DNA of 64,000 nt from Anthoceros angustus (Eukaryota; Plantae; Anthocerotophyta). Within the stretch, counting starts at the first letter, position 1. Each line of letters starts with the position of its first letter. Shown in pieces: positions 1 to 12,299 of the stretch. The notes beneath the pieces are model-generated. The model worked only from the letters and a program-made list of their open reading frames with translations. It searched no databases and was not told where the DNA came from. Where the stretch lies: NCBI GenBank assembly GCA_010909165.1, contig MU008192.1, forward strand, positions 186,001-250,000, in the 5' to 3' direction. A program made the position numbers and the translations under genes.

Positions 1-558
1 ATACAGAGGGCGACGTGGTGTTTTGAAAGCATTGTTCGGCTGGACCCTCAGCAGGCGTCTGCATATGTGCTCATGGCCAATGCCTACGCAGACGCAGGTA
101 GGTGGACCGATGTAGACAGGATTGAAGCACAGAGAATGGTAGCAGGAGCTAACAAGAAACCTGCAGTGGCGACCATCGAGGTGAAGAAGCAGGTACATAC
201 ATTTGCGGTGGGAGAAAGAAGAGATGATATTGCGTTGAAGGTAGAGAGCACAAATGCACGTCTGAAGCAGGAAGGAGGCCACGTACCTCGCACACAATTG
301 GTGTTGAAGCCACTGTCGGAGAAGGACAAGGAAGATGCGCTTTGTGGGCATGCTGAGAAGCTAGCTCTGGCGTTTGGTCTCTTGAACACTCCGAGTGGGA
401 CACCTCTGGTGGTAACGAAGAATCTACGCATGTGCAGTGACTGCCACAGTTCCACGGAGATCATGTCAAGGCTTGAACAGAGAGACATCGTTGTAAGGGA
501 TGGGTACCGTGTGCATCGATTCGCAAATGGTTTCTGCAGTTGTAAGGGTCGACCATGA
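1..558 (+). CDS. PLS-class PPR protein, C-terminal E2 + DYW:KP deaminase domain ending GRP (5' partial)
   Basis: Frame open from base 1 (IQRATWCFESIVRLDPQQASAYVLMANAYADAGRW = E1/E2 region). KPAVA replaces the PG box. Contains HAEKLA...CSDCH Zn-deaminase motifs and ends CSCKGRP*. Confidence 0.95.
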   Translation: MQRATWCFESIVRLDPQQASAYVLMANAYADAGRWTDVDRIEAQRMVAGANKKPAVATIEVKKQVHTFAVGERRDDIALKVESTNARLKQEGGHVPRTQLVLKPLSEKDKEDALCGHAEKLALAFGLLNTPSGTPLVVTKNLRMCSDCHSSTEIMSRLEQRDIVVRDGYRVHRFANGFCSCKGRP

Positions 559-1997
559 GGGGAATGAAGTATCCAGTGCTCAAGTGTGTAGGCTGCAGAA
601 TTTTGGCTACGGAACTCCATCCCCGTCCATACTGAGACATGGATGGCTACCATCTTCCGCATGGTGTTCCTGCTACCAGCCCTTGGCTAATGGAGTAGCA
701 GCTGTACTGCTGACTGTTTTGCATGAAACAATTCCACGATGAGGCTTGCCCAGTGGAATGCTCTGTATGCGGGGTGCACTTATCTGATGCCAGCCTCCCA
801 GTACTGAATAACCTCAATCTTTAGTCACTGAACCTACCGGTTGTGCCCTCATGCAGGATGGCAAGCAAATAGGGGAAAACTCCGGAGGTGGTTCTAGGTG
901 TCTACATCTAGAGCACTACAGGACTCGGTATTCGTTAGCTAGGGACGCAACATCAAGTCCCCAAATATAGCGTAAGTGCCCTGTCATGTGTTGCACCGTG
1001 GCACTCCTCCTCGTCAGAGCATGGCGCCCCTCCTGAGCTACAGAAATTTCAGAATTGTGGAGGTGCCGTGGCGAGATCTGATGTAAAAGGTTGTTGAAGA
1101 TTTTGTTGATCAGTTTGAAGTGCTGCTGAAATTTGGGAATCTGTTAGAGGAAGGTCGTTGGTAACCGAAACACCCTGTGTTGTAACTTGTTTGTTGGCAA
1201 CTGCCAAAATGTGGGAAAGTGCAAGATGCATGCCACGATTTCCAAAAAGGATGTGGTGACAATGGAAGCCCTGATTGTGCGAACTAGACAATTCAGCTCC
1301 AACTTGGATACTTCAGTTTCGAGATTGAATTGAACTGTTAACCAAACTGTAAATGACGAACCATGATCCCATATATAGGCCATCAAACTGAACCAGATAG
1401 AGAGTACCTAAGTCACCCATTCGAGATATCGGCTACTATCTTCCTTTTTCTTTTGCACGTGTTCCATTATATCCAAGGCCAAATCTAAACTCTTTATTGC
1501 TTGTAGGGTTTTGTGCCGAACATTTCAGCAAGTCAGCCAGTTCTCAATTTGTCTAAACACATTGATGCCGAAGATGAGGAGGCTCATACCTTTAGGATCG
1601 ATGGAGCCATAAACTAAAATGTTGATCTTGTTGTTTTTTTAGTCTTGTGTGGTCACCTTGCATATTTGTATTCATGAGCTTCTCTTTGGCTACTAGAGGC
1701 CATTTAGCTATATGTCGGGCTAGGAATTAAATGGAGGAAGATGTTGGTTCTAGGTTTAGGCAAGCATCTCTTCATGTGTGTGAATCAATTGCACAATATG
1801 GTAGCCACGAAGTATATCTCCCTATGCCAAGATTCAGGGTGGTGGGTAAAATAAAGAAGCAACCCATGGATTTGGCACTTATTGATTTGCAAGTATGTAG
1901 ATTCAGATGCTTTAAGGAGGAAGAGAGTGATAAGGGTGAAGCCTGTAAGGTTTTTTCATGTGGTTGAGTAGTTGCGACCATTGGAGACGCTCTGCCG

Positions 1998-2079
1998 CAG
2001 GAGATAGCTTTGAGCCCTGGTTCCTAGGGTTCAAGGAGCAGGAGATAGCTTTGAGCCCTGGTTCCTAGGGTTCAAGGAG
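1998..2079. repeat. 41-bp direct tandem duplication
   Basis: caggagatagctttgagccctggttcctagggttcaaggag occurs at 1998-2038 and 2039-2079. Confidence 0.9.
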
Positions 2080-2223
2080 CTCGAGAGCCTGTAGGAGCCC
2101 GCTCACCATTGATGCATGAAGGAGAAATTTGTACGAGATGTAGCGGGCTGGTTTAGTTCGGGTTGGTTTGCACGTTACATTTTGGAAGTGTGCCAATTCA
2201 CAAATGGAACTGAAATCTAATCA

Positions 2224-3487
2224 TTACCTGCTTACGTGACCAGACAGACAGCCACGTTGGATCTTGTTCAGGTACTGGATCGATTCAATTTTATGTTGAT
2301 GTGGGTTAGAATTGAATTGAACTAAACAAACGGCCTTTGCGGACTGCCATTCCGTAGGGGTCCTTCGAAATAAGCTAGAACAAGAACGACAGTTCTTAAT
2401 AGGCAGTTCCAAGCTTCAGTGCTGGAGGAACTACAAACAGGCCTGTTGACTTAGAGTGTTTGTTATGCAAATACTTAGGGAGTGCTTTCGTGAGTAGATC
2501 AGGGAGTTTTACCACCTATGGAGACGTATTCAACCACAACTTCACATATATCTACTGCTTGTCTGATGAAGTGGTGAGTGATCTCTATGTGTTTGGACCG
2601 CGCATGAAAACTAGGTTCTTTGAAAGTCGTGTGGCAGATTGGTTGTTACACCATAACCTGGTCGGCTCTAGTGAAAGTTGCTGCAAGCCTCATAGAAATG
2701 AACATATCCAGATAATCTCCCTAGCTGCTTATGAAAGGGCTCCATATTTTGCTTCTGTAGAAGATAGACATATGGTAGATAACCTTTTTGCTAGACCATA
2801 AAACAATAGAGCCTCCCTGTAGATTACAGTAAACTGCAACACTCCTTCTGCTATTTGGGTCCCCAACCTAGTCTGCGTCACAATAAGAGGTGAGATATAG
2901 TCCCTTATCTAGTTTAATTAGTGTCTAGGTAGAATGGGATTTATTTGGTACAAATGGATTATGACTAAAATCCCATCGCTTTTAGTGCGAAAATGTGCAT
3001 TCATGTTTTTTTTTTCTAGGTTTTTGAGGATGTACTCTGTTTGGAATGGATTATTCAACCCCGTAGTGCCACTTCTTGCATGTTCATTAGGCCACCATAG
3101 CTTGCATCTAGATGTAGACCACCTACTTAGAAGGGGTGATTGCAATCAGAACCTTGTGGTTTAGGTTCTTCTGGCATGTCCGCACGTCACCCCATTCTTC
3201 CAGTTTAGTTGGAAAGGAGGCTAGTTGATGGGAGTGCACACACAAGTTTGCACAAACATCGTAGCAATATGCAAACTTATGCGCGCACTCATTTCAGCTG
3301 AGAACTCTAAAGGTAGGTATTTCTCGAACAACTCAACTTTGTAACCCTTAGGGTTTGCAAAAACTTCCGTTTTTGAACTCATTGGTAAGAGTTCAGCTAG
3401 ATCACCCCCCTCTATATACCCTAAGAGCCAAAAATTGAGAAATACGTTTGGGACTGATAAGCTTTCCACGTCTTTCGTCGGATGCAA
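2224..3487 (-). mobile_element. Degenerate Ty1/Copia RT-RNase H remnant
   Basis: Broken minus-strand frames resemble Copia RT (NVFLN..GYIE...EVFANPKGY; QTEYILKNLEK) and RNase H (TPTEWQSAKAVC...HQHKIESIQY). Many stops and frameshifts. Possible gag-like debris at about 1050-1700. Confidence 0.6.
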
Positions 3488-3671
3488 GGTTGGGGGTCAT
3501 CCTCAAACATGCCTTCCAAAGCACAAGTTGGGTTAAAATTTTCAATCCCCCGGCTGCGTGTGCGTGTCACGATTGGTCCAGAACTGTTACTTCCAGTGTA
3601 TCCTTGGTACATCCCGGTTGGTGGTGGCTCGTAGTTCACATATCGACCATTGAAAGGTTGAAGAGCTAAAG

Positions 3672-5089
3672 AACCTGATATTTGTATCTGTATATTTTCA
3701 CTGAAGCAGCATGAGACTTCAACATATTATGACCCGCTAAGTATGGCTCAGTCGCTGTATCTCCAGCTGCTAAAGTATTCTGTTCGACGTTCGTCCAGGG
3801 GCATATGAGCCAGACCTTAGCAATTGACCAAGACCGGCGCATGCTCATTGAACGTGATCCAGTGTTTAACCCTGTCACCAAATTCTCTGAAACATGCAAA
3901 GTAGTCTCTGCATCCACAGTACGAGCAACATATGTCAGGTGTTGGAACAGAGAACTGTGCGCTTGCTATTGCTTCAGGATCCATAACGGGATCGAAGGAG
4001 CTAGCAGGAAAGAAGGTTAAGGCTGTGCCACATACACTATCTCGGGACCAAGCCATCCTAAAACTGAATCCTGAAGTCGCTGGGGTAAGTCCCAATGATA
4101 GAGTGTCACAAAATGGCTGCAATCCTGCATGTCACGCAGAAGCTCAGCTTCGTTGAAAGCAAGTGCACAAGTTTCCAGAGTAAGAGGCATGATCTTCTCA
4201 TACCCTTGCTTATCAGGTAATCAATGAGCTCGTGGTAGCGAAGCGCTCCCTCAGGGTTGATTGTGCCACTTCCGTCTGGAGAACACTAACAACTGTGAGC
4301 TCGATGCCATCAAAGGTACTTCACATTCATGACAAGAGCTTAGAGTTAGGGCTTCAAGAGAATGAAATATGAGCAACAGTACCAGGAAATAGCCATTACC
4401 ACGAGATGGAAAACCGGTATGCCAGCATTCCCATACCAGCCAGCAGATCAATATCCTCCTGTAAACTGAAAGCGGAAGACTTGTCAGAAGAGCGTGAATC
4501 TGATGAGGGGGAAAAGGCAACAATGGTGGTCAGAGTTTGCTAAGAAGCATGCCTTATACATGTGGTACTGGTCCACACCAATATCGCCATTGCTTCCATC
4601 AATTATCTTCCCTGCCAAGTGACAACCAAAGTTTGCAAACTATGGCGTGGAAGGATTCCACCTCCAGGACGTGAGGTGTCGACAGATCGCATAGCATCCA
4701 CAGACCTGTTAAGTGAGAAAAGGAGTCCCAAATGCTAGGACCCTGGTCCCCTTCACTGACCGCACCCTCCACTTGCAAAAGTTCAGTCTCTAAGAGAAGT
4801 GACTGTAGTCCTCCCAATCCTTGGCTGGAACACAAGAATGGGGACAGAACACCGCTGTTCCGAACACAAATTGTTAAGGGAAGTCAGATCTCACAAGCGT
4901 CCCACTCCAAAATTCACCACTCCCCTCACTCTCACTCCCGATCGAATTCTTTGGCGAATTCGAGCTGAGCGTTCCACAGTTCCAGTGCGAGTCGCAGAAT
5001 GCACCAAGAATGTCATAAGGAATACCGGCACGAGAAGAAGCAAGAAAAAAAAAGACGGTACGGCGCTTGAACTCGCCCGCAGGTTCCAT
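3672..5089 (-). pseudogene. Glycoside hydrolase family 1 (beta-glucosidase) pseudogene, 3' truncated
   Basis: Exons encode RSDFP*QFVFGTA, QVEGAVSEGDQGPSIWDSF, IIDGSNGDIGVDQYHMYK, AYRFSISW*, VTLYHWDLPQ, CFREFGDRVKHWITFNE and TEPYLAGHNMLKSHA. In-frame stops (e.g. 4396-4398) and frameshifts are present. No C-terminal exons before the Copia remnant. Confidence 0.85.
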
Positions 5090-6687
5090 CCAGCCCAAAT
5101 CAAACACGTCCCAATCGAAGAATCTCACAGACCTTGCGAGAGGCCTTAAGGCACGGTGGTGCTGCGGCCATGGGCCACCCACCAGCGCTGGGTCCATCCC
5201 CTTGGAGTGGGGGGAATCAGCAGCCGCTGCAAAGCGACCGATGGAGTTAACCAACCCGGTGGGAGACCCAATACCCGGCAGGACAAGTCGGACCCGGGAA
5301 CAACCCACTTGCGACGCACGGCACGAGATCCTGATCCATTGGCATGTCCGACACACGACCCCCGACATTGGCAAGTGGCTTTGCATTTCCTTCACTCCTG
5401 TGCACAGACAGGAATTCAGAAATATCACCCCTGCTGCTTTGCTTCTGGTGGGCTGGTGGGGTCTGATGAGAGCATTTGGACTCACTGATGCTGAACAAGA
5501 GCACAGCTTGTAGTGTGCCTCTCTGCAACTCTCCTCCTTGAGTCACAAACCTCAAACGTTCCCCAACACGTTCCGCAACCTCCTCCCATCCGATGTGCAG
5601 CAGCGACGTTCGAAATCAAGAAAAAGAACGTGCACAAACTCCAGAGGAAGTACCAGTAGCGAGCTGCTTATGGCATTGCATATGCCTCGCATGTGACACA
5701 TAGTCCTGACCAATAATGTATGTTTTTAAGAATGGATAACCTGCGCCAGGCATCTACTGCATCGCATGATGGATCCTCTGTCGACACCAGAGAACCACCA
5801 GCAGCATCCAACGTTTCATTTTGACTGGTCTGGATTGCGGGAAGGGAAATTTCAAGCGACGTGTGTGGTAAAGTTTAAGCTTGCAAGATCCTACGCAACA
5901 TAAGCCAGTAACACAGAAGATATGGCAGACTACCTTTGTATGTCTTAGTCAGTCCCTATGTTGCCAAGGTCCAGAGTCCTGAGCACGCCGAATGATGGAA
6001 TCTAGGTGATTTCTGTCAAGAGGTCTCATCGGAGAACTCAAAGATGGACCCGCCAACTTGAGGCAGAGAAGAGAACCTGAAGGAATCGATGCAGGCTGTG
6101 AAGGTCTTGACATCGACTCCATGGGTTGCCCCTTCCTGTGCGACGAGGCCATCTTCCGCACCAAAAAGTGCTGGCTCAGTAGAGAGCTTATGGGGCCCTC
6201 CGTTATCCGGCGCAGAGGCAGCTGGTGGCCCAAGCCACGGCCACCGTGCCCATGCCCTGAAAACACCATAGCCCTTATCTAGAGCAATTGACACATTCAA
6301 ACCTTTAAAGAACAGCTTCGAAGAGCTTTATTTTCCAGATCCAGAGCAGACAAAGACGGTCATCTCCAAGGACAACGACAAGGATTCCTCTTCACCCGCC
6401 TGGATTGTTGTATTGGGAACTTGGAGATTGTGAAAGTGGCGTGCCTTAGTATCTACTACCTAGAAGTCAAGGTCGGAAAAAATTAGGCAACCCTTGCCTT
6501 CGCTGTCTCAATGGGAGCGCTCTTGGGACAAGAGTTTGCGGCAGGGGCCAACAAAAGAACAAATTACAACGCCGGTCAGAATGGTGCTTTAATCTTAAAA
6601 TACACCAAGCCTTGGCATCCCCCGGCTGGACACCACAACCTTCCTTCCTGCGTGTGCGCTAGGAGGTGGCATAAATAAATTCTGCTT

Positions 6688-7071
6688 CTACTGCTCCGAC
6701 TCCTCCACAGCAGCCTCCACCCGAAGGAGGACAAAGCCGATAGCAATGCCCACCAGGACCAAGCCGCTCATGATGGGCACAATGGTCAAAATCTCCTCTC
6801 CCACATTGCAAGTAGCAGCCGCAGCACCCCCCCTGGATGCACCGCTCCCCACAGCTCGGCACCTGGCCACCATGCTAGCGAACTCCTGCTCTGTGCTGCA
6901 AGCCACTCCCAGACTCGTCACCTTGCTCTCCGCCTTGAGCCCCCCGAAAGCGCTCAACATCCGCACTCCAGCACTTTGGCTGCGAGCCGGCGACCTCCTC
7001 TGGCAGGACGCCGAGGCCAGCGACAGGCCGCTGGGCGCCGCGCAGCTGGCTGCCACCAGCATTGCCTCCAT
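6688..7071 (-). CDS. PETM: Cytochrome b6f subunit 7 (PetM) precursor
   Basis: Ser/Ala-rich transit peptide with the conserved FGGLKA segment, then a single TM helix [29 protein letters not shown]. Intronless. Confidence 0.93.
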   Translation of the reverse strand: MEAMLVAASCAAPSGLSLASASCQRRSPARSQSAGVRMLSAFGGLKAESKVTSLGVACSTEQEFASMVARCRAVGSGASRGGAAAATCNVGEEILTIVPIMSGLVLVGIAIGFVLLRVEAAVEESEQ

Positions 7072-7639
7072 CGCTCCTGCTCCTGCTCCTGGACAGCATT
7101 CAGCATCGAAAAAATCAGTCCGTGTCAGTCATTCCGACACCTTGATTGGCACGGCAGGCATGGCATTCAATTCCCCGCAGCTGCAGCGGATCACAGAAAG
7201 AGGGAGCGAATCGCATTGCCGCTGCAGCACAAGCAGCACACTCCGTAAGAGAGACGAGACGAATCCAGTACCCAAGCAGACAATCACACAGGATGGCGAG
7301 GCGTGGCGTAGCGTGCAGGAGTGAAGGTTGCAGTTGCAACTGCGATAGAGCTGGGAGGCTTGATGAGGCACAGCGCGTGGAAAGTGGACGCAGGCCAGAC
7401 GCTTGCTTGCTTATCCACGCGCGATATGGATATGCGGGGACGGTGTGTGGCCACTGGTCTCGGCTAACAATAACGGTAATTCGAACTGGTTGACGGCTTC
7501 GCACACAAGGGGTTACCCGAGCCCTGGTTATGTTAACTCGCCATTCCCTCCTGTTCCCGATACGAATGCTGGCAGCGGTAGCGGGAGCGGCAGCGGCAGC
7601 GAGGTTGCCTGCTCTGATGAATGCTGTGATGCAATTGCA

Positions 7640-10600
7640 ATGGTAATCCGGGTGCTCAACGTGGCGGAGAAGCCGTCGGTGGCGAAATCCGTGTCCCAGC
7701 TGCTTTCGGGGAACAATGTGCGGGTGCGGGAAGGCCGGTCTCGGTACAACAAGATCTTCGAGTTCGGCTACACCATCGGGAACCAGCAGTGCCTCATGCT
7801 CATGACGTCCGTGAGCGGGCATCTGATGGAGCTGGAATTCGAGGAGAGGTTCCGCAAGTGGAATTCCTGTGATCCGGCTGCGCTGTACGAGGCACCGGTG
7901 CGGAAGTATGTGCCTCAGGTCGGTTCTTGGATGATGAGGAGCACGGGGGAAGGAAGATTTTTTGTGGCTTCTCTTTCATGTAGCTCCCGGTGTTGCCAGG
8001 ACAAGCAGGCGCTGCAGCGAACGCTGGAGGAGGAGGCCAGGCGTTGTCAGTGGCTGGTGCTGTGGCTCGACTGTGATCGTGAGGGGGAGAATATTGCGTT
8101 TGAAGTCGTGGACGTTTGCCGCTCTGCAAACTCTCACCTCACTATTTGGCGTGCTCATTTCTCGGCACTTACGGAAAGGTTGTGATGAGTTAGGCCAAAT
8201 TTTGCGGAATTTGCTGTGTGTCTATGCTTGGAGCAGTGTGAGACTCAAGCGTAAGGTCTTGCAGAGACATCCATCAGGCAGTTCAGCATTTAGGTCGGCC
8301 AAACCAGCTATATTCTGATGCGGTTGATGCTCGACAGGTAAGGAAGTTACACAATTGGAAGCCGTAGCATGCTGCTGAAAAAACACTGTTGAGCAGGCTT
8401 CTGCATTGATAGTTTCTGATGTAACGCAGTGAACAGGAGATAGACTTGCGAATTGGAGCCTCTTTCACGCGGTTCCAGACTATCCTGCTGGCTGATAGCT
8501 TCGCCTTACCGTTCGAAGAAGAAAGGAAACCTATTTTGAGCTACGGGCCTTGTCAGGTTGGTCAGACATGGCCTTGATTCTTTGTTCCCTTTCCTGTTTC
8601 AAGTGCTTGGAGAAAACTGCTTTGTATGACATGCAACACTTGGTTGCTTGTTTCAAGTTTCCAACTTTAGGCTTTGTAGTGGAGCGCTACTGGGAAGCGC
8701 AGGCTCATGTACCTGAGGATTTTTGGAAGATTAGCTGTGTGTATAACGATGGAAGTGCCGTGGCAAACTTCACTTGGGTGTATGTATCACGCTTTTCCAA
8801 AACACAGTTTCTGTTCTGGATTGTTGGAAATCCTTGATTGTGATCCAACATTCCTGCTCATTCATTCTGAATGGTCAGGCGTGGGCACCTATTCGACTAT
8901 CTTGTTGCGGCTATGCTGTATGAAATGTGCATTGAAGAGTCAACTGCTACGGTAAGCTTAGAAAATGGACTGGAATTATGGAGTCAGGAGCTCTTCAAGT
9001 TACTCAGCTATGGGTTCCCACTTGACCACGTACACTGTCTAGGTCTGTGAAGTCAAAGGTCAAGAGCGAAGGAAGTTTCCCCCACATCCCCTGAATACTG
9101 TAGAACTGCAAAAGCGTGCATCTCGTTACTTTCGAATGGGATCAGAACAAACCATGAAGGTGGCCGAGGAGCTGTATCAGGCAGGTTTCATCAGTTATCC
9201 GAGGACTGAGACAGACTTCTTCTCGGAGACCGTTGACTTGATGGTATGCCTTGTCCCACAGCTTTCCTGTTCTTTACCTCGATATCATAAAATCTTCTGG
9301 CTTGATCACTGTCTGCGATGGTCCTCTTATTTGGTGCCAGGGTATTATCAGGGAACAGACAGGACATCCAGTCTGGGGAACTTATGCGGAGAGGCTGTTA
9401 GATCCTGGGACCAATCTCTTTCGGCAGCCAAGTAATGGAGGCCATAATGATCAAGCCCATCCCCCCATCTACCCCACCAAGTTTTCGCAGGGAGAGCAAC
9501 AATGGGGCAATCCCCAGAAGGTACTAGTTTCTGCTGAATGTACTCCAAAAAGGAGTGTGCTCTGATGCTGGTACCACCTGATTCCAGGTGAGTCTGTTGT
9601 GAAACGTTCTAATCTACGCCACTTGCAGCAAATCTATGAGCTCGTTACACGGCATTTTCTAGCTTGTGTTTCCCAGCCAGCTGTGGGATATGGAACTACA
9701 GCAGTGATAGATATTGCCAGTGAGATGTTTCGTGCTACGGGCCTCATGATTACATCAGTGAGGTCTTAACTCGGCCATCTTCATCTTCCTGGCCCTGTCT
9801 AGATCGTTTGAACTAATGGGTTGTCAAATGTGCAGAGAAACTATCTGGAAGTTTACAGGTTTGAAAACTGGGGTGCCAGCACTATCCCTAATTTTGAAGA
9901 AGGCCAACAGGTAAGGGTGGATCAGTCACGTTAAGCAAGTGCTAGATGCGCAGTGACCAATATCCTGTCGGTTGAATGTGCCAGTTCATTCCCTCTCGAC
10001 TAACACTTGACCAAGGTACTACAACTCCACCACCGCTATTGAGTGAAGCTGATCTCATCAGCTTGATGGACAAGGTGACAGATCTCGCTTTCTCTACCCT
10101 CTAAAACTGCAGAAAACATCAATTTCTAGATAGTGTTCTGATCTGTCGGTTTCCTTTTTTTGTAGGCTGGTATAGGAACCGATGCAACTATGCATGATCA
10201 TATCAAGAAATTGCTAGATCGCTGCTATGCTACAAAGGATGCCAACACACGCTTCTGCCCTACAAATCTAGTACCACTTTGCTTGATTGACCGCTGCCTT
10301 GCCTACTTAGCAGCAACTTACAGCTAGTAATGTCACTTGGTGTGCCACGAACTTATTTAACATCTATCTGCGGCAGGGTGAGGCCCTTGTCATGGGCTAC
10401 GATGACATGGGGTACGTTGCAGTGACCAGAACTGTGTTTGGCCGTATCAACTCTTTCGTGCTGTATATTGAGCATCAGTATCTACCTGACCTGCAGGTAT
10501 GAGCTTTGGAAACCTTATCTACGTGCGATGATGGAGCAAGACATGAAGGCTGTGAGCATTGGCACCAAAAGCAAAGCTCAGGTCCTGGAGAGTTGTCTCC

Positions 10601-12259
10601 AGCAAATGAAAAACTGCTTCATAGATGTGAGTAGTCTTATGCTTCTCTTACTTTAGTGTACTTGTGAACTGTAAGCCTAACATTCTCTGCTCACTCTCAG
10701 GCTACATTGCAAAAGCAGAAACTTTTAGAAGCGATGGGAAGATTCTTTGAGAGGTGCGTCAGTCGAGATGCTTCATATGCTTTGTAGTCATCGCAATCTA
10801 CGTACAAGCTAGGTTCCCCGTCCCATACATTGTGCTCTCAGGACTCAGGGAGGGGAGCAGCGAGTGGTTGGGGAGTTTGTGCGACTATGCCCAAACTGTC
10901 AGGAGTCAAACATGGTGCTTAAAAAGAAGCCGGTAGCTGTCTAATTTCTCACCCACTGTCCATTACACTTGATTCAACATAGCCAGCCAACTTCCGACCC
11001 CGTGTCTGGCATCCACTTTGTTTGCAGGACGGCAAATACATGGTGGGATGTCTCGGTTTCCCGCGTGTAAGGATTTAAAATTCGGCCGTGTGCGTCAAGT
11101 TTTGTATGCTATTGAGGGTAGCTACCTCGATTAATTATCGAGGGCCTTTCCAGTGTAGAACCGTTGTCTGGTTGCCAGGAGCAGTCATGGAGGCATCTGT
11201 AACAACGATAGCTTGCACCTCCTGCATCCCAGGTCCGAAACTTCCTTTCCTTTTCTTGTCTTGTCTATCAGTGCTCTCCTGTGACGTGCGTTTTAGTTCT
11301 CAGCTGCGTCTCTTCGGATGTAACTCTGCATAGCAATCTAAGGTTGTAGAGCCGTGCCTCCAGGTCCTGTGCTGAAGGTGCATTTCAAGTTTAGGAGAGC
11401 AGATATACCTCCTCAGTATAGCACCGAGTGCACTGGTGAGTGATAATTTGAAGCAGTAGTGGCTCAGGTAGGTACTAAACTTGTCCTGAAAAAGCTTGTG
11501 CCTATTTTATCTGCAGGGTGTGTTGGGGGCTGTGATGATCACTTGAAAGAGCTGTTTGAGATCTGCGGTATCAACAATAGGCCACCTCCAGCAGGTCAGT
11601 GTGTAGTGTGTCCATGGCTTTCTCGTCGCAAATTTTGGCAGCGTTTCCGTAACCTCCTTTCGACGCCACTAGGTCCCGCTGTAGGCCATGGAGAAATGAG
11701 GAATCGCAATGGCCAGGGTAATCAAATACCATGCCCCATTTGTGGTGGCCGTGGGCACAGTTCTGCAGCATGCCCTCAGGCACAGGGGCGGGGACAAGGG
11801 CGAGGCCGAAGTCGAGGTGGGCGCCAAGGGCCGGAGCGTGCCTCGGGTAGGTGACCTTTCTTCGAAATTCACGTGTCATTTACCACGGTCGGTAAACATT
11901 TGATTCATCACACAGCTTTTGTGTCCTGAACTTTTCATTGGTGACAGCCTCGGCCGAAGTCCTGTGTAACTGTCAAGAGCCTTGTGTGCTGCTGACTGCG
12001 AATACTTCGAACAATGCTGGGAGAAAATTTTACCGGTGTGGGTCACGTGGCTGTGATTTCTTTCTGTAAGTGTATTCGACCCTCTGGAAACGTTTGCTTG
12101 AAATTTCATGGCACATATTGTCCTGACATGGTATCACCATGGTCAATCAGGTGGGAGGATGCCGCAAACCCACAAGCAGCAGGAGCGCAAAATCAACAGG
12201 ACAGGAATCGGCAGCTACAACCTGGTCAGTGGAGAAGTACTCGACGCAGGAACGATTAG
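7640..12259 (+). CDS. TOP3A: DNA topoisomerase III alpha (multi-exon)
   Basis: [18 protein letters not shown] start, [25 protein letters not shown] catalytic Tyr, [12 protein letters not shown], a CCHC knuckle ([14 protein letters not shown]) and a GRF finger (CNC...GRKFYRC..RGCDFF). Many short GT-AG introns. Stop at 12257-12259. Confidence 0.95.
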
Positions 12260-12299
12260 GCTTATGTATGACAAGGACAATTAAAGTAAGTTTAATTTA

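Noticed and set aside
5100-6650. Several overlapping 60-200 aa ORFs
   Set aside because: No recognisable domain, frequent stops and no consistent splice structure; probably decayed TE or intergenic DNA.
7403-7639. 79-codon open in-frame extension upstream of the TOP3A ATG (possible organellar isoform)
   Set aside because: No in-frame ATG, composition is not presequence-like, and it includes a microsatellite. No support without ribosome data.
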